From Spirochaetota bacterium (GTDB taxonomy: Bacteria; Spirochaetota; UBA4802; UBA5550): 64,000 nucleotides of DNA. Each line of letters begins with the position of its first letter. Position 1 is the stretch's first letter. Under the pieces are notes generated by a model. The model ran no database searches. It saw only the letters and a program-made list of their open reading frames with translations, and had not been told where the DNA came from. Made by a program: the position numbers and the translations under genes. The stretch lies in NCBI GenBank assembly GCA_963664815.2, contig CAXXHB010000002.1:512001-576000 (forward strand). Reading direction: 5' to 3'. Shown here one piece after another: positions 61,743 to 64,000 of the stretch.

Positions 61743-62120
61743 ATGGAGAAAACCATGAAGATGCTTATTGTAGACGATTCATTTGTTATCCGCAAAACAA
61801 TTGAGAAATATGCTGCTGAACTGGGAATAGAAAATATTCTGACTGCTCATAACGGCATCGAGGCGATAAAAATATTTAAAGCAGAGTTGCCATCTCTGGT
61901 AACCATGGATATAACAATGCCGGAAATGGATGGAATACAGTGTCTTGATGAAATAATGAAGATAGACCCTGACTCGAAAGTAATAATGATTACAGCCCTT
62001 AAAGATAATTCTACCGGCATGCTTGCATTGAAGAAAGGGGCTTCCGGATTCCTTCATAAACCATTTACGTCTGAACAGATAAGAGATGAAATAATGGCAG
62101 TTACCGGAGCAGAACTATGA
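61743..62120 (+). CDS. Single-domain response regulator (CheY-like)
   Basis: IVDDS, MDITMPEMDG, MITA, KPF. Confidence 0.92.
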   Translation: MEKTMKMLIVDDSFVIRKTIEKYAAELGIENILTAHNGIEAIKIFKAELPSLVTMDITMPEMDGIQCLDEIMKIDPDSKVIMITALKDNSTGMLALKKGASGFLHKPFTSEQIRDEIMAVTGAEL

Positions 62121-62563
62121 CAGAACGGGAACTGAAGTATTTTATTGATGTTGTAGTAAACTATTTCCGCAATATTTCTGGTGAGCCTTCAGAGATGGGT
62201 ATACCATTTATCAAAGAAAAAGAGAATACGTTGCTTGACTATACCGGGCTTATCGGCATTTCCGGGGCAAAAAAAGGTGCTATATATCTGACATCGACAA
62301 AAGAGATGCTGGCTGATATCACATCCATTCTTCTTGGAGAAGACAGTCCAGGGGAAGAACTGATTGTAGATATGGCCGGAGAGATTGCAAACACTGTTGC
62401 AGGGAATGTTAGAGAGAATTTTGGTTCTTCTTTTATGATATCAGTTCCTATAATACTTAAAGGGAGTCCGGATGATGTTATTATAAGGATGGTCCCTCCG
62501 ATATTTATTATACCAATAAAATGGCGGGTATTCAGCGCCTATCTTGCCGTTGGTCTTGAATAG
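62117..62563 (+). CDS. cheX: Chemotaxis phosphatase CheX
   Basis: YTGLIGISG..KG, GEIANTVAGN (ExxN), ISVP; ATGA overlap. Confidence 0.88.
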   Translation: MTERELKYFIDVVVNYFRNISGEPSEMGIPFIKEKENTLLDYTGLIGISGAKKGAIYLTSTKEMLADITSILLGEDSPGEELIVDMAGEIANTVAGNVRENFGSSFMISVPIILKGSPDDVIIRMVPPIFIIPIKWRVFSAYLAVGLE

Positions 62564-62574
62564 GAGGATTGTTA

Positions 62575-64000
62575 ATGGAAAAGACTTCAATAGATATATT
62601 GTGGATATTGACTGCGTCTGCGCTGGTATTTGTCATGAGAGCCGGATTTGCCATGCTTGAATCCGGTATAGTCCGTTCAAAAAATTCAATTAATGTTTCC
62701 GTAAAAGTTCTTTCTGATCTGGCAATTTCTCTTGTCGTGTTCTGGCCCATAGGTTTTGGTATAATGTTCGGTTCTTCATGGCATGGGTTAATAGGTACAA
62801 ATTTTTATTTTCCACATCTGTCAGGAATGTATATATCGGTATTTTTTCTTTTTCACGCGATGTTTACATCCACAAGTGCAACTATAGTTTCCGGAGCAGT
62901 TGCCGAAAGGATTAAATATCCGGCGTACCTGATAATCACTCTGATCTTTTCAGCTGTGATTTATCCGGTATTTGGCCACTGGGCATGGAATAATGGAATA
63001 TCCGGTAGTACCCCCGGATGGCTCGTTAAACTAGGGTTCATTGATTTTGCGGGGAGTACTGTAGTACATAGTATCGGAGGATGGATGTCCGCTGCAGTAA
63101 TTTTAATTCTGGGTCCAAGGATCGGCAGGTATAATGAAGATGGTTCAGTAAACCGTGTGACAGGTTCTAATACCCAGACGGCGGTTGTAGGAACGATATT
63201 GTTATGGTTCGGCTGGATCGGGTTTAACGGAGGATCGACTCTTGCGATGAATGATGCAGTCCCGGGAATAATTGTAAACACATGTCTTTCCGGGGCAGCG
63301 GGATTTGTTGTGACACTTATTGCGGGATGGTATATCCGCGGATTTGCTGATGTTGGTCTGGTTGTAAACGGGACCCTGGCGGGTCTGGTTGCTGTGACGG
63401 CATCATGCGCATACGTTAATGAATGGCAATCTATGGTTATCGGTGCAATTGGTGGACTGGTAATGCTTCTTGTAGAATGGCTGATAGACAGGCTGAAAAT
63501 CGATGATGCGGTTGGTGCCATCCCTGTTCACCTGGGAGCCGGGATCTGGGGTACTCTTGCGGTGGGTCTTTTCAGCGACATGAAGCTACTTGGAACTAAC
63601 CTAACAAGAATTCAGCAGACAGGAGTTCAGCTGGCAGGGATTCTGGCGGCAGCTGTCTGGGCTTTCGGTGTAGCCTTTATTGTCATCTGGACGATAAACA
63701 GGATTTTCCCTATACGTGTGAAACCTGAAGATGAATACCAGGGCCTGAACATTTCGGAACACAGGGCATCGACTGAAATTTATGATCTTTACAATTCGCT
63801 GGAGGAACAGGCGAGGACAGGAGATCTTTCAATAAGGATACATGAGGAACCCTTTACAGAAATGGGACAGATCGCAAGACGTTATAACCAGGTGATAGCC
63901 ACGCTGGAGGAGAACCTTGTAGCAAAATCTGATTATGTAAGCATACTGGATAATGTCAGCGACGGGCTGTTCCTGATGGACAGGGATAACAGAATTGCAC
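62575..64000 (+). CDS. amt: Ammonium transporter (Amt) fused to HAMP-like and PAS-like domains; truncated by the window end
   Basis: Translated by hand: AGFAMLESG.VR.KN, SGAVAER, DFAGSTVVH, WFGWIGFNGGS, DDAVGAIPVH, RV..EDE..GLN.SEH, then GDLSIRI..EPFTEMGQIARRYN and ILDNVSDGLFLMD; AGGAGG RBS; no stop to 64000. Confidence 0.92.
   Translation, partial: MEKTSIDILWILTASALVFVMRAGFAMLESGIVRSKNSINVSVKVLSDLAISLVVFWPIGFGIMFGSSWHGLIGTNFYFPHLSGMYISVFFLFHAMFTSTSATIVSGAVAERIKYPAYLIITLIFSAVIYPVFGHWAWNNGISGSTPGWLVKLGFIDFAGSTVVHSIGGWMSAAVILILGPRIGRYNEDGSVNRVTGSNTQTAVVGTILLWFGWIGFNGGSTLAMNDAVPGIIVNTCLSGAAGFVVTLIAGWYIRGFADVGLVVNGTLAGLVAVTASCAYVNEWQSMVIGAIGGLVMLLVEWLIDRLKIDDAVGAIPVHLGAGIWGTLAVGLFSDMKLLGTNLTRIQQTGVQLAGILAAAVWAFGVAFIVIWTINRIFPIRVKPEDEYQGLNISEHRASTEIYDLYNSLEEQARTGDLSIRIHEEPFTEMGQIARRYNQVIATLEENLVAKSDYVSILDNVSDGLFLMDRDNRIA

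Noticed and set aside
62961-63521. 186-aa minus-strand ORF
   Set aside because: Antisense shadow of the Amt gene
1-64000. tRNA, rRNA, transposase, integrase or prophage genes; the other short overlapping ORFs in the track
   Set aside because: No such motifs recognised by eye; the short ORFs lie within or antisense to well-supported genes

Overview
AT-rich bacterial chromosome segment, most consistent with an anaerobic spirochaete. This is inferred from CheX, the truB-rpsO-pnp-M16 peptidase order, a bactofilin/LysM-M23 pair and tandem cNMP proteins. It has a housekeeping core (rimP-nusA-infB-rbfA-truB-rpsO-pnp, glyS) flanked by accessory genes. No rRNA, tRNA, CRISPR array or intact mobile element was recognised. 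The strongest candidate for an undescribed system is a three-gene operon (45804-52779): two membrane proteins share a paralogous ~580-aa beta-propeller + Cache-like sensor module, one fused to an MFS transporter and the other to a HAMP-class III adenylate cyclase, followed by a coupled formyltransferase-fold enzyme. Other highlights: an Amt-HAMP-PAS fusion (absent from the ORF track, runs off the window) in an operon with CheY and CheX; a double-cubane reductase/activator pair co-transcribed with a DUF3798 ABC importer; a selenocysteine formate dehydrogenase (in-frame TGA + SECIS) whose NuoE-NuoF partner has lost the NuoE [2Fe-2S] cysteines; and a perfectly palindromic, possibly bidirectional promoter. 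All assignments come from reading motifs by eye; no searches or computations were run.
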